A DNA stretch of 64,000 nt from Octopus bimaculoides (Eukaryota). The translations under genes and the position numbers were made by a program. Position 1 is the stretch's first letter, and each line of letters begins with the position of its first letter. Below the pieces are notes generated by a model that was not told the origin of the DNA, made no database searches, and was given only the letters and a program-made list of their open reading frames with translations. Of the stretch, positions 25,802-37,850 are shown piece by piece. The DNA lies in NCBI RefSeq assembly GCF_001194135.2, contig NC_068987.1, positions 104,516,833-104,580,832 on the forward strand. The letters are read 5' to 3'.

Positions 25802-25959
25802 CATGCTTTTACATTAGTTTGCCGAAGCGTGAGTTGCTGCGGAGTGAACCCCTTATCTGAGTTTATAATCTAAGCATATGCAATCGCCTCGCTCACACTC
25901 ACTCCTTCACTCAGACACACATAAACGCACGCGTGCGCATTGCATACACACTTAGACAC

Positions 25960-25994
<35 letters not shown>

Positions 25995-26031
25995 CATACG
26001 TAAAGTGTGAGTAAGAAATATAGGTAGGTAC

Positions 26032-26134
<103 letters not shown>

Positions 26135-26647
26135 ACAGAGGCGTAAGAGAAGAAAATGAATTACTGGATGGAACAAAAGAGATATTCAACCGGTCGTAAA
26201 TTGGTTTTATCTTAACAGCGTAAGTAACTCTCATAATGATTTTAGCTATGTATACACAATTCTATTCACAGAATTGTGCGGTAAACCAAGCCTTAGTGTT
26301 TCTCAAATGATTGTTAACTTACAAATAGTTTTTATTCCTCTTATTGTCCTCATGATTCAATCTTGTCAATAAGTACATGCCCCTCTGCTATTTCTCTTTA
26401 ACATTATCGTGTTTATTTAAGCATCTATTCGCTCGCTGTACTCTACGGTATTGTAGTGAAGTGATTATAGTTGACGTCTTATTGATTCCTTCATTTATAT
26501 TCATTGATGTTTCCATTCTCTCAGTCAATTAGTACTGGACAACCCCTCGACGGGACATTTTATTCGGCTCCAGACAACTGTGGTTGAATTTAGTCTACAT
26601 CTGAAACCCTTAAATCAGCAAGAAATTCATACTGAAAATGACTTGCT

Positions 26648-26689
<42 letters not shown>

Positions 26690-26690
<1 letters not shown>

Positions 26691-26812
26691 GTGTCTGTGG
26701 AAAGTCATTCTGTTTTAATGCCTTATCAATTAACACACTCACCGGTTCGTTTTCCACTCAATTTTTTTTCTAAAATTTTCGTTGCTTCTTGCAACCTCAT
26801 CAAAAGTCGTTG
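26690..26812 (-). mobile_element. Penelope-type terminal repeat fragment with degenerate hammerhead-like motif
   Basis: Same family as 3689-3838 and 53728-53905. The minus strand reads TTGATGA-G-GTTGC-AAGAA-GCAAC-GAAA-ATTTTAG. Confidence 0.55.
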
Positions 26813-26826
26813 CATACACACAGACA

Positions 26827-26859
<33 letters not shown>

Positions 26860-26948
26860 TGTATATATATGTTTATGTATATATATACATATGTATGTAT
26901 GTGTGTATATATATGTATGTATGTATGTATGTATATATATCTATGTGT

Positions 26949-27257
26949 GGAGGCGCAATGGCCCAATGGTTAGGGCAGCGGATTCGCGGTCGCAGGATTG
27001 CGGTTTCGATTCCCAGACCGGGCGTTGTGAGTGTTTATTGACCGAAAACACCTAAAGCTCCACGAGGCTCCAGCAGGGGATGGTGGCGAACCCTGCTGTA
27101 CTCTTCCACCACAACTTTCTCTCACTCTTTCTTTCTGTTTCTGTTGTGCCTGTAATTCAAAGGGCCAGCNNNNNNNNNNTTGCACGTTAATTTCACGAGC
27201 AGGCTGTTCCGTTGATCGGATCAACTGGAACCCTCGACGTCATATGCGACGGAGTGC

Positions 27258-27264
<7 letters not shown>
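26949..27264 (+). mobile_element. tRNA-derived SINE family D (10-N gap inside)
   Basis: TGGCCCAATGGTTAGG (A box) and GGTTTCGATTCC (B box). The 3' portion is shared with family C. Confidence 0.85.
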
Positions 27265-27306
<42 letters not shown>

Positions 27307-27967
27307 TTATTTATTTATTTATATTCTTATTGCTCCCTTAAGAGCGCTGAGTTGGAATGGAGTATTGTTTTCACGCCTGGGAGGTTTGTAGTGAAGCGGA
27401 TAGCTGTGGACACTTGTTTCTTCCTTAATAGACATCATCAGTTTCCGCACCTTGACACTGCAACAGATATAAAACTCACACACACACGCACGTACACGCA
27501 CGCACACGTACAAGCGCGCGCGCATAATTACACTAAATGGCATAGATAATGGGCTTTACACATTTGTTTAGTGAGCATGGTAGAGGTCCAGCTATTTCTG
27601 ATATGCATTCTAGGTGCAGTTATAGTTCCGTTTACACAATTGCGGACTCTGAAGACGAAAGTATTTGAAATCGTTCAATTTTTCAAATAGATCAATCGAT
27701 CGATTGAGTGAAGAGAATTATGAAAGTACCTAAAACGCATATCATAAACAGTTGAAGGTGTACGATCCAAAGTAAATAAAAGTGTAAAGGCCTGGGCAAT
27801 GCAACCATGATTTTAGAAAGTGGACTGGTGATTGACTTCGACTTCGGATCTTGCATTAGGGTTACCTGGAGTTCTGTACCAAATCTTTTGTTAGCCTCCT
27901 GTATTTGTATTAGCAAAAAACTTTTTACCTGAATTGATAATCCCTTATTAATAATTTTCTCTCTCTG

Positions 27968-28024
<57 letters not shown>

Positions 28025-28054
28025 GTACGTGTGTGTGTGCGTGCGTGTGTGTAT

Positions 28055-28205
28055 TTCCTCGTGTTCCTTTCTGTTGAAGAGCGTAGGCTCGAAACGTAAA
28101 AGATTTTCTTAACTTCCCGAGTGTTAAATTAATACACCTGTTTGTTGCTTATAGTAATACATTTTGTTGCTGTCTTCGTCTTTTGCTTTGCTGTAAATTT
28201 CGACT
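28055..28205 (+). mobile_element. Penelope-type terminal repeat fragment with hammerhead-like motif
   Basis: CTTT-CTGTTGA-A-GAGC-GTAG-GCTC-GAAA-CGTA-AAAG (28067-28102), flanked by simple repeats. The PLE assignment is inferred from the motif. Confidence 0.55.
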
Positions 28206-28267
28206 ATATATATATATATATATACAGAGAGAGGGAGGGAGTGAGAGAGAGAGAGAGAGGACGAAAG

Positions 28268-28316
<49 letters not shown>

Positions 28317-28346
28317 TACAGACACATACACACAAATACATCTATC

Positions 28347-28569
28347 TTTTATATTTTTTACTTACTTCAATCGTTTGACTGCGGCCATGCTGTGGCACCG
28401 CCTTGAAGAGATTTAGTCCAATATGTTGAGCCCAGGACTTTCTTTTTTAAGCTGATACTTACTCTATCGGTGTCTTTTGCAGAACCGCTTAGTTACGGGG
28501 ACATAAACACACCAAAATCGATTCTCAAGCGGTGGTGGGAGACAACGCAAATACACACGCACACGCACG

Positions 28570-28600
<31 letters not shown>

Positions 28601-28755
28601 GTTTATATTTGATGGCTTCTTAATGCTTCCGTCTACCAAATTCACTCCCGAGGGTATAGTAAAAGTCGCTTGCCCAAGGTGTCACACAGTGGGAATGAAC
28701 CCGAAATCATATGGTTCTGAAGCAAGCTTCTTACCACACAACCGCGCCTGCACCT
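28347..28755 (-). mobile_element. SINE family A
   Basis: GACTGCGGCCATGCTG...GAACCGCTTAGTTACGGGGAC...CCGTCTACCAAATTCACTC...GCTTCTTACCACACAACCGCGCCTGC is the reverse complement of family A. Confidence 0.85.
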
Positions 28756-29900
28756 GTAATCTATATGTGTCTATATTTTATGGGTTTGTATACTTAAATG
28801 CATTAAACATAAACTGACTCAAGGATTCGATACTGTTGCTAGAAACAAAATATTTTCGAAGGTTGACCGATTGGCGAACATGTCGAGGATAGATGATATC
28901 TGTTTGCCTGTAAGTTATTATCATTTTTAAATCAATGGACATATAAAATCGCCGGTTTCGAAAACTTCTGGTGTAAATATCTTATAGTATTTTTATTATG
29001 TATCACATTGAAATCAAGCTACAAAATGGTCTGCATCCAAGTACTCGTTATATAATGTGCTCGATTAAATCGATTACACTCATCATCTATCTATTTTGTC
29101 CTTTTTCTTCCCCTATACAAGAAATGATTAATTATTTACTGTTCTACTTCTTTTCAGCCGCCAGCCCTATCTATATGCGTATATGTTTAGCGCTCGGTGA
29201 GCCATGCTATATATGTTTTAATTAGCATTGTACAGCGTCAGTTACCTTTAAATGAAGGTTTGACACCCTAGCATTTTGACAAAAGATGACCCTTTTTTAG
29301 TGTTTGTCTTTCATAATAACTTTAGAACTTGTCCTAAGAAAGAGATGTGTTCCACTCATCCGATAACGCGACCCATTTTCGACCTTTGTTTATTCTTATA
29401 ATTGTTTACCGTAATTATATTTCTACATTGAATCAAACAATATTCACAAAAAAAAAGCATGTATAGCACTATATATAATTTCTTTTCTCTTATAAGAAAA
29501 CGTAATTCAGCAGGCTTAAATTGCTATTTACTCGAATGAAAGGTCATTAAACACATTTCCCTTGATTTTTGCCAAGATTTTACGTTGTAAAATAAGAATG
29601 TAAAAAAAAAACAAAAAAAAAAACAATCCCAATCTGTGTTGAATCGATTCGTACAAATATAGACTTCAAAATGTACTGCAGTGTCTCTATTATATAGATT
29701 AGGCTTGGATAACCTCTTGCGACATTGCTCATTAACTGACAGGCCGCACTACTAAATAGTTTTCAAGATAATTTTTCGTTGGCGTGCCCAGGCTGCAGTT
29801 TGCCTCTGACTGGTATAGATATTGCGAAAATTTCAAATATTACTATTTGAAATTACTACTTGTCAAAAATAAATCATATATTACTGAAGTAATACTATTA

Positions 29901-30080
29901 TTCTTTTCTACTCTAGGTACAAGGCCCGAAATTTTGTGGGGAGAGGGGCCAGTCGATTAGATCGACTCCACTACGCAACTGGTACTTAATTTATCGACCC
30001 CGAAAGGATGAAAGGTAAAGTCGACCTCGGCGAAATTTGAACTCAGAACGTAAAGACAGACGAATTACCGCTAAGCATTT
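29901..30080 (-). mobile_element. SINE family B (5' end missing)
   Basis: High identity to the 15893 and 53068 copies. Confidence 0.85.
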
Positions 30081-30240
30081 ATGCGTAGTGTTACATGTAT
30101 GCGTCTGATATCTATTCTTATTTAACAAAGAGCCAGAACAGATACTGCACAGCATCTAATAATTCTACCAATTCATTGTCTCGCATTGGTTCTTTATTCT
30201 TTGTTGGAAATCGATATTTTATTCTATTTCATTTTAGCTT

Positions 30241-30293
30241 AATACAGTGATTAATACAGTGATTAATACAGTGATTAATACAGTGATTAATAC
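30241..30293. repeat. 12-bp minisatellite (AATACAGTGATT) x 4.4
   Basis: Directly visible. Confidence 0.95.
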
Positions 30294-30744
30294 TATGCTA
30301 CTTTATCAATGTTTGCAGATACAACAATCGCAGTAATGAAAATTTGGGAATCCAAAATTTCAGGATTGCGGGTCTGGATTCGGCCCGGAATGTTTTTAAT
30401 TTACCCACAGAGTCAGTCTGATTCCAACATGGTACGATGTGTTTGGTACGGAGTAAAGTTGAAAAAAGTGTGACACAGTGACACACTGATATTTGCATTT
30501 ATTATATTAGACTAATCATATAAAAAAAAAAGGGAATTAAGAAATAGCTTGATGCGTTAGCAACATTCACTTGTATTCCATCTTAGAATCAATTTTCCCT
30601 ACAATTCATCCCAAAAACTGTCGATTTTTTTTTTTAAAGAAAATATTTGTGTGAATGTTCTTGTCGAGAATGATTTCTACGAATAACGATTTTTACGAAA
30701 CCACAGTTGTGAAGAACTGTGTATAACCCAATAAATCTACTGCC

Positions 30745-30945
30745 GTACTTGACTTTCGCTTCCTATGGAACGTAGGCCATCGACGTCTTTCTCGACTGTT
30801 TTCGACTCAGATTAGTCAAGTCTCCATCCTTTGACCTGTCCAGCATGGGGCGCCCTGCAAAGAGCATGCGTTCCACTGGATTAGCTCCCAGGGTCATTTA
30901 AAATACAAAAGCCGCCACATTGCAACAAGGACTGGACCCTTGCAT
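30745..30945 (-). mobile_element. Short RTE-derived non-autonomous element (RTE-like 5' UTR joined to RTE-like 3' end)
   Basis: The minus strand contains CCCCATGCTGGACAGGTCAAAGG (resembles RTE 5' UTRs) followed closely by GATGGCCTACGTTCCATAGGAAGCGAAAGTCAAG (resembles RTE 3' termini). Recognised from memory. Confidence 0.45.
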
Positions 30946-31094
30946 TGTGGTAGCTTCTGTGCCTGATTGTGAATATCCTTTGTTCGGCTCCAAATGCATG
31001 GAAGACAAAGTAGGGACCGGTAGGATTTGAACTCACTCGAAAAGAGGTATACCTAAACAACACATGCTAACAGAATAGAATATATTCACATTTA

Positions 31095-32396
31095 AATTCT
31101 TCTTCTTCTTCTTCTTCTTCTTGTGCCTTTTGTTCTTCTCAACCTCCTTATGTGTCTCCTTTTTGTTCTTGTTCTTTTTGTTCTCTTCCTCCTCTTCCAC
31201 CTCCTTCTCCTCTTTCTTCGTCTTCTTCTTTTTCATCTTCTTCCTCTCTTTCTTGTTCTTGTTCTTTTTGTTGTTGTTCTCCTCCTCTTCCTCCTCCTTT
31301 ATTGTTCTTGTTCTTTTTGTCCTCCTCCTCTTCTTCTTCCTTCTTTTTCTTCTCTTCCTTCTTTTTCTTCTCTTCCTCCTCCTTCTTCTCCCTTTGTGTT
31401 CTTGTTCCACGTCTCCTTCTGCTCCTTCTCCTCCTCCTTGTTGTTGCTCTTCTTGCTCTTTTTCCTCTCCTTCTCCTCTTCCNNNNNNNNNNNNNNNNNN
31501 NNNNNNNNNNNNNNNNNNNNNNNNNNNNNNNNNNNNNNNNNNNNNNNNNNNNNNNNNNNNNNNNNNNNNNNNNNNNNNNNNNNNNNNNNNNNNNNNNNNN
31601 NNNNNNNNNNNNNNNNNNNNNNNNNNNNNNNNNNNNNNNNNNNNNNNNNNNNNNNNNNNNNNNNNNNNNNNNNNNNNNNNNNNNNNNNNNNNNNNNNNNN
31701 NNNNNNNNNNNNNNNNNNNNNNNNNNNNNNNNNNNNNNNNNNNNNNNNNNNNNNNNNNNNNNNNNNNNNNNNNNNNNNNNNNNNNNNNNNNNNNNNNNNN
31801 NNNNNNNNNNNNNNNNNNNNNNNNNNNNNNNNNNNNNNNNNNNNNNNNNNNNNNNNNNNNNNNNNNNNNNNNNNNNNNNNNNNNNNNNNNNNNNNNNNNN
31901 NNNNNNNNNNNNNNNNNNNNNNNNNNNNNNNNNNNNNNNNNNNNNNNNNNNNNNNNNNNNNNNNNNNNNNNNNNNNNNNNNNNNNNNNNNNNNNNNNNNN
32001 NNNNNNNNNNNNNNNNNNNNNNNNNNNNNNNNNNNNNNNNNNNNNNNNNNNNNNNNNNNNNNNNNNNNNNNNNNNNNNNNNNNNNNNNNNNNNNNNNNNN
32101 NNNNNNNNNNNNNNNNNNNNNNNNNNNNNNNNNNNNNNNNNNNNNNNNNNNNNNNNNNNNNNNNNNNNNNNNNNNNNNNNNNNNNNNNNNNNNNNNNNNN
32201 NNNNNNNNNNNNNNNNNNNNNNNNNNNNNNNNNNNNNNNNNNNNNNNNNNNNNNNNNNNNNNNNNNNNNNNNNNNNNNNNNNNNNNNNNNNNNNNNNNNN
32301 NNNNNNNNNNNNNNNNNNNNNNNNNNNNNNNNNNNNNNNNNNNNNNNNNNNNNNNNNNNNNNNNNNNNNNNNNNNNNNNNNNNNNNNNNNNNNNNN

Positions 32397-32438
<42 letters not shown>

Positions 32439-32600
32439 CACTACTACTACTACTACTGCTACTGCTACTGCTACTGCTGCTACTGCTGCTACTGCTGTTA
32501 CTGCTGCTTCTGCTACCACTACCAACACTACTACTACTTAGCATCGTCGTTGTCATCGTCATCATCATCATCATCATCATCATCATCGTCATCATCACTT
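31095..32600. repeat. Low-complexity (TTC/TCC/TTG)n tract, gap 31483-32396, then (TAC)n/(TGC)n/(CAT)n
   Basis: Directly visible. It is the source of the spurious 400-535 aa ORFs. Confidence 0.95.
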
Positions 32601-33380
32601 TGTTGATGGAGATTGCACATCGAGGTACATATAATACCATGTTTATTACATGACATAATTATTGCATATAATGTGTATAAAAAGAAATCGCCATGTGCTT
32701 GCATTTTACACAAAGCTTACAAAGTCATCGAGTTGCGCTCATAAAGTTACATATATACAATGCGTTCTTATTTATATTAGTATTTATAGCTAAAAATATA
32801 ATAAAGATGATATAAAACTACCATTGCGTGTCCGCCAGTATGTGTTTATATACATGCAAACAATAATAACGATTTATTTTTTAGTCTATTTATTTATTGA
32901 TATATTTATTTTATTTATATTATTTATTTTGTTATTTGTTCATAAGTTAATGCCAATCCCATTTAGTTGCTAGAGTTACTTCCCTTCGAGTGCAGCGTAA
33001 AACTCTAGAAAAAGCAAGAAGTAAGGGGAGGATAACTTTGATAAACTTCGCTGGCAAAGCGTGTGAATGACGTCACTAAAACAATGATACAACGCAAATG
33101 ATATCAAATTCATAAAGTGAAGACTATTTAGCAACCGTAAAACATTATTTGTTCCTATTAGAATAAATTTCCAGAGCATATTAAAACTAGTTTCAAAAGC
33201 TTACAAGGAATAGAATCCTTGTTTCCAAGAATTACTCAGCAATCAATAAAATCACTCAGTTCACAGAGGCGACAAAAAGATTAAACAACGTACACATTTA
33301 GCAGTTCGTCATATCTAATCTTTTTCCTGCTCTTTCTTCCCTTTGTTTTCGCTTTATTTCTGTTTCTTATATCTTTTAGC

Positions 33381-33765
33381 TTTTACTTGTTTCACTCATT
33401 AGACTACGGCCATGCTGGAGCACTGCCTTGAAAAATTTTAGGAGAACGAATCGACCCCAGAACTGATTTTATTTAAAAACTTAATACTTATTCTATTCGT
33501 ATCTTTTGCCGAACCGCTAGTTGTAAACACATCAATACCGATTGTCAGGCGGTGGTGTAAGACATAAAAACACACATACACACACACACACATATATATA
33601 TGCGACGGGCCTCTTCAGTTTCCGTCTACGAAATCCACTTAGAAGAATTTGGTCAGCCCAGGGTTACACTAGAAGACACTTGCTCGAGGTGCCACGTAGT
33701 GGGACTGAACCCAGAACCATGTGGTTGGGAAACAAGCTTCTTATCACATACCCACGCCTGCGCCT
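33381..33765 (-). mobile_element. SINE family A
   Basis: TTTTACTTGTTTCA...GGCCATGCTGGAGCAC...TTCAGTTTCCGTCTAC...GTGGGACTGAACCCAGAACCATGTGG...CCACGCCTGCGCC. Confidence 0.85.
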
Positions 33766-34155
33766 ATATCATATACTTTTTTTTCTATCAGTCTGTTATG
33801 GTTTGCCAGCATTACGCGACGGGGTTAAATTGGTTTAATTAATTAATTAATTAATTAGTTAATTAATTAATAACGTCATGTTTTACTTCTTTACAGACGC
33901 CTGCACGTACATACATATCATATATACTCACGTATTTCAATAGAATTGTTCAAATAATGCCGGAAACGATAGAACAAAGTACCAGTCAAATACTGGGAAC
34001 AATAAAATCGACTGGTGTTGATCCCTAAATTCCCTGTCATCGTCGTCGTCGTCATCACCGTCGTCGTCATCCTCGTAGTCGTCGTCGTAGTCGTCGTCAT
34101 CCTCTTCGTCGTCATCGTTGTCATCATCATTATCATCATCATCAGAAACAGCAGC

Positions 34156-34217
<62 letters not shown>

Positions 34218-35342
34218 CAGCAACAGTAAAGGCAGACAGCAATGGCGATAACTTTAAAAGCGTTTCAGTAAACTAAATAAACACTGGTGAATTAAATTCT
34301 ATCTGGAAAGAATTTTCCGAATGTATGCGACCAAATATATATAGTTTTTATTTTTTTATTTAATCACCATCCTGTAGAATCAGAACCATAATCAACGATG
34401 TTTCATCCCAGGCCTTCCAATTATATTTCAAACATATTCCAAGTTGGACCACATAATCCCAAATTGCCTTCGTTTATATGATGGTAGGATATCGATTGAG
34501 GAATGTTCAGTTACTATTTTTCGCAGATCGAATAGATACAAAGAAATCCCTTGTAGGGTCATCTATTTGGGAAGGGTGTCCGTAAGCACTTGACTTGATA
34601 GAACCCTGAATCGTGGTTGTACCCTATATTATTATTCATCACTCTTATACAAAGCAAATAAATGCATACATATATACATGTGTGTGTGTTTGTCTGCGAA
34701 TGAATATATATATATACATACACACACACATACATACATACATACATACATACATACATACATACATACATACATACATACATGATGATAGCCGTCCACT
34801 CGTGACCAAGGAAGACCATTGCCGACCTTCAGGAAAATTGTGCGCTCTAGGATTAACTTATATTTTGCATTTGCGGCTCCGTTGGTGGCTGATGAGCCCT
34901 GCTCTTGACAAGCATATACGACTGCACATACATACATATATACGTATGTGTGTGTGTGTGTGTGTGTGTTAAGAAAAAAGAAAATGAGCTTGAACTTGGT
35001 ATTCCTTTATTTTATCAGTTACCTCTTTCAGTATTCAATAGTAAATAGTGTCACTTTGAATGCAATCCTTAGATCCACCTTAGAAGTGCAGAATGCACAA
35101 TCAATCAGGTATTTCTTGTCTGTCTCAAGAAGCGTTTGGAGTGATTATGCATGCTGTACTTCTAACTGTTGTCTAAGGATTAAATTTATAGTGTCGAATA
35201 CTGTGTTATCGAATACTGAAACACATGTAACAGATGAAAAAAAAACGTGTGCATGTGTGTGTGTTTGTGTACGTGTGTATTTGTGCATGTATGTATGCAA
35301 ATACAACGCACACACGCGCACGCACACCCTCACTCACGCACT

Positions 35343-35380
<38 letters not shown>

Positions 35381-35388
35381 TATATATA

Positions 35389-35431
<43 letters not shown>

Positions 35432-36289
35432 NNNNNNNNNNNNNNNNNNNNNNNNNNNNNNNNNNNNNNNNNNNNNNNNNNNNNNNNNNNNNNNNNNNNN
35501 NNNNNNNNNNNNNNNNNNNNNNNNNNNNNNNNNNNNNNNNNNNNNNNNNNNNNNNNNNNNNNNNNNNNNNNNNNNNNNNNNNNNNNNNNNNNNNNNNNNN
35601 NNNNNNNNNNNNNNNNNNNNNNNNNNNNNNNNNNNNNNNNNNNNNNNNNNNNNNNNNNNNNNNNNNNNNNNNNNNNNNNNNNNNNNNNNNNNNNNNNNNN
35701 NNNNNNNNNNNNNNNNNNNNNNNNNNNNNNNNNNNNNNNNNNNNNNNNNNNNNNNNNNNNNNNNNNNNNNNNNNNNNNNNNNNNNNNNNNNNNNNNNNNN
35801 NNNNNNNNNNNNNNNNNNNNNNNNNNNNNNNNNNNNNNNNNNNNNNNNNNNNNNNNNNNNNNNNNNNNNNNNNNNNNNNNNNNNNNNNNNNNNNNNNNNN
35901 NNNNNNNNNNNNNNNNNNNNNNNNNNNNNNNNNNNNNNNNNNNNNNNNNNNNNNNNNNNNNNNNNNNNNNNNNNNNNNNNNNNNNNNNNNNNNNNNNNNN
36001 NNNNNNNNNNNNNNNNNNNNNNNNNNNNNNNNNNNNNNNNNNNNNNNNNNNNNNNNNNNNNNNNNNNNNNNNNNNNNNNNNNNNNNNNNNNNNNNNNNNN
36101 NNNNNNNNNNNNNNNNNNNNNNNNNNNNNNNNNNNNNNNNNNNNNNNNNNNNNNNNNNNNNNNNNNNNNNNNNNNNNNNNNNNNNNNNNNNNNNNNNNNN
36201 NNNNNNNNNNNNNNNNNNNNNNNNNNNNNNNNNNNNNNNNNNNNNNNNNNNNNNNNNNNNNNNNNNNNNNNNNNNNNNNNNNNNNTATA

Positions 36290-36657
36290 TATTTGTTTCA
36301 CTGTTTCGTCTTCCTTGTCGTGTTTTCTGTTTGCTACTTAATTCTTCAGCATCTTTGCGGGAAGAGCTATTCTAACAATGCGTCCTGCCCTAACTCTTCG
36401 AAACGCTTAGTTTAGAATAGGGGCAGCTGATGAAGGAAATGTTCTCTATGTGGCTTGTCTGTTTTCCTGTGTGTTCCTACCGTTGTCCGAAAAGAAATTT
36501 GTTTTCAGTGCTCTGTTTATGTTCTCGTGTTTCATTTTGTCCACGTTCTTTTGTGACGTCCTGTACCCAGATATGCATCTATATACACATGTAGATGTAG
36601 GTATGTACATACATGTACGTATATATGCATATACTCACATATTACTTGTATTATATA
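36290..36657 (+). mobile_element. Penelope-type terminal repeat with two long-loop hammerhead-like cores
   Basis: GAAGAG...CTCTTC-GAAACGC (36361-36406) and CTGATGA-A-GGA...TCC-GAAA (36427-36492). The 3' part recurs inverted at 37680-37850. Confidence 0.45.
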
Positions 36658-36873
36658 NNNNNNNNNNNNNNNNNNNNNNNNNNNNNNNNNNNNNNNNNNN
36701 NNNNNNNNNNNNNNNNNNNNNNNNNNNNNNNNNNNNNNNNNNNNNNNNNNNNNNNNNNNNNNNNNNNNNNNNNNNNNNNNNNNNNNNNNNNNNNNNNNNN
36801 NNNNNNNNNNNNNNNNNNNNNNNNNNNNNNNNNNNNNNNNNNNNNNNNNNNNATATATATATATATATATATA

Positions 36874-37113
36874 CAGTAATCCCTCGACTATTACGGGCGT
36901 TACGTTCCAAAACACCCCGCGATAGGTGAAAATCTGCGAATTAGAAACAATACTGTACTGTATATTTATTATTATAATTATCTTTATAATTTGTATACAT
37001 TTAGCTAATTATAAATGCAAAACAACACCCCGGAGGAATCGACGTAAGCTTAAATAATAAACCCCGATAGGTGAACCGCGATAGGTGAACCTCAATATAG
37101 CGAGGAATTACTC
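36874..37113 (+). mobile_element. pogo/Tigger-type MITE (~240 bp)
   Basis: Begins TA|CAGTAATCCCTCG and ends CGAGGAATTACT(C). Imperfect TIRs, TA flank and subterminal GATAGGTGAA repeats. Confidence 0.8.
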
Positions 37114-37141
37114 TCTTTCTCTCTCTCTCTATATATATATA

Positions 37142-37384
37142 CAGTAATCCATCGCCATATCGCAGTTCACCTATCACGGTTCACCTATCGCGGTACACAT
37201 ATCACGGCTTATTATTTAAGCTGACGCCGATTCATCCGTACTGTTGTTTTGCATTTATAATAGAACAAATACATCCAAATTATAAAAATGATAAAAAAGA
37301 TATAGTACTGTTTCTACTTCGCAGATTTTCACCTCTCGCGCGAGGTTTTGGAACGTAACACTCGCGATAGTTGAAGGATTACTG
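37142..37384 (-). mobile_element. pogo/Tigger-type MITE, second copy in inverted orientation
   Basis: TA|CAGTAATCC...GGATTACTG|TA, with TA duplication on both sides. The reverse complement aligns with 36874-37113 over its whole length. Confidence 0.85.
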
Positions 37385-37388
37385 TATA

Positions 37389-37624
37389 CGTGGTCTGATC
37401 AATAAGTATCCGGACTGTTGCCATAGTAACGACTCTAAAGCACGCAGAGTGAAGCCGCTTAGCACAGATTGACCATGAATGATGCTGTGCATGTGCCCTA
37501 AGTTTTAGCGTTCTACTTCACGTCCGCCGTTTACAGCAGTGCTTGGAAGGAACGTGTGTAGCGCGTGATCGTCGCATTGACCATGACAGGGAAAGTTGAG
37601 CAGAGAATCTGCATCAAATTTTGC
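37389..37624 (+). mobile_element. mariner transposon 5' end (TIR, UTR, first 14 codons)
   Basis: TA|CGTGGTCTGATCAATAAGTATCCGGAC is a mariner-type TIR. ATG at 37583 gives MTGKVEQRICIKFC (mariner transposase N-terminus EQR.CIKFC), then truncation by (TA)-rich sequence. Confidence 0.8.
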
Positions 37625-37679
37625 CTGTGCCTATACATATGTATATATATATGTATATATATGTGTATATATATATATA

Positions 37680-37850
37680 TATAAAACAAATAATAAATGA
37701 GTATATGCATATATACGTACAAGTATGTGCATACCTACATCTACCTGTATATATAGGTGCATATCTGGGTACAGCACGTTGCAAACAAAACGTAGACAAA
37801 AAAATAATAATAACCAGAGTACAGAAAACACACAGGCCACGTATATATAT
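37680..37850 (-). repeat. Inverted copy of 36450-36657 segment
   Basis: The core CTGTACCCAGATATGCA...GTAGATGTAGGTATG...GCATATACTCA matches at about 72 of 77 bp by eye. Confidence 0.85.

Noticed and set aside
26949-27020. tRNA-like sequences (also 23050-23122, 828-900, 38290-38362)
   Set aside because: A/B boxes are present, but I could not build complete cloverleafs and each continues into a multi-copy SINE body.
27649-27665. CTGAAGA-C-GAAA-GTA
   Set aside because: There is no room for stem II and no stem I complementarity.
34380-34620. Possible L1/Tx1 C-terminal knuckle (minus strand, KAIWDYV)
   Set aside because: Too degenerate; the cysteines are not recoverable in one frame.
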